Of a stretch of 64,000 bases of DNA, positions 63,102-64,000 are shown one piece after another. The stretch lies in contig CM119270.1 of the NCBI GenBank assembly GCA_051294375.1, positions 13,929,316-13,993,315 of the forward strand. Reading direction: 5' to 3'. The notes beneath the pieces were generated by a model. That model was given only the letters and a program-made list of their open reading frames with translations. It searched no databases and was not told the origin of the DNA. The translations under genes and the position numbers were made by a program. The DNA is from Paraspadella gotoi (Eukaryota; Animalia; Chaetognatha). The first letter of the stretch is position 1; each line of letters opens with the position of its first letter.

Positions 63102-64000
63102 TTTTTTTCGGATTGTACCCTTAATAAAGTTTAATTTTTATTTTGAATTCATTACAGAAAAAAAATGACTCAGGAAACAAACAAAAGAATAGAGAAGAAA
63201 CTGTTATAAAAAATGACACTAACGAGCCACTTAACCAAACAACGTCCACCCAAAAAGAAACAAGCAGAGACAGAATGAAAGACGTTTAGGAGAAAATAAC
63301 GAAAACAAATAGAATAAAGAACAGAAACACGAAAAAGGACAACGCAGAGAGAGAATTCCCCGTCACGAACGGAAGTCGCCGGAGTTTTTAGACGAAAAAC
63401 AACAACACAACAAAAACCGTGGATATTCCACTGTCTCCTTTCCTCTCCCCTCTCCTTTTAATACCAACTCTCCGTCTTGCTCTTCTCTTTCCTCTTCCTC
63501 CCAGCTTTCCCCAATCATTTTTTCTAACCCCGGTATCGATTAATTTCCGGAAAAGCCGGTCGCGGGTTCGATCCCTGTCCCTGGTCGGACTTTTTTGTTT
63601 ATTAAGAAAAAAAATTCTCGCGATTGACTGAATAAACCAAAACCAAAATTTTCGGGTTGAAACGAACAACAAGTCTTCTGCTCCTTTTCCCCCCTTCGTC
63701 CCACTCCACCCCCCGAAGCTCGAAAACGGGAAATGGGAACTGAGCGAGCTGGAGCGACGGCGGAGACTCCGTCGCGATTGGAGAGACATTCGCACGCAGT
63801 TGGACGACATACGGACGACGAGGAACGGCGACGACGAAATCGACGTCGAGGTGGACGATCCCGTCAAAGACGCCTACTTTGTCTTCAACGTCTTGGTCAA
63901 GGTGAATGGAGATTGAAATCGGTGAAGTGAGGAGTGTTCATAGTTTGGGGTGAGGAGTGATTTTGGGATGTGGTAGGTGGTCTGATGTTGTCCAAATAAT

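Larger units (their letters stand above)
58698..64000 (+). repeat. Indel-rich direct duplicate of ~36723-41470 (5' part of the GPI-protein gene plus tRNAs)
   Basis: Colinear from AAAAATGGCAATTCTTGAGC to GATGTTGTCCAAATAAT. The ORF is frameshifted throughout and there is an extra ~700 bp at 59101-59810. Confidence 0.95.

Overview
This is an invertebrate metazoan nuclear draft assembly with short GT-AG introns, dense (GA)n microsatellites and several N gaps. Protein-coding genes are: the 5' part of HUWE1 (-, runs off the window start), a 2-exon F-box/LRR-like gene directly upstream in the same orientation, a highly divergent TGF-beta-like ligand (+), an orphan secreted GPI-anchored protein (+) that hosts divergent tRNA-Leu(AAG) and tRNA-Gln(CTG) genes in an intron, a CAP/EGF/ShK gene (-) with two phase-compatible alternative C-terminal cassettes, and a frameshifted two-pore (K2P) potassium channel (-). 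The strongest non-coding signal is a family of four minimal hammerhead ribozymes of the Penelope-like-element type (CUGAnGA-A-5bp stem II-GAAA-CAUG-UC) with covarying stem II. Two sit in an inverted pseudo-LTR element between the F-box gene and HUWE1; the copy on the genes' sense strand carries the classic inactivating G5A change. Much of 27.3-32.1 kb and 56.6-64 kb consists of indel-rich duplicates of other parts of the window, probably assembly or haplotype redundancy. All gene models were hand-spliced and no database searches were run.
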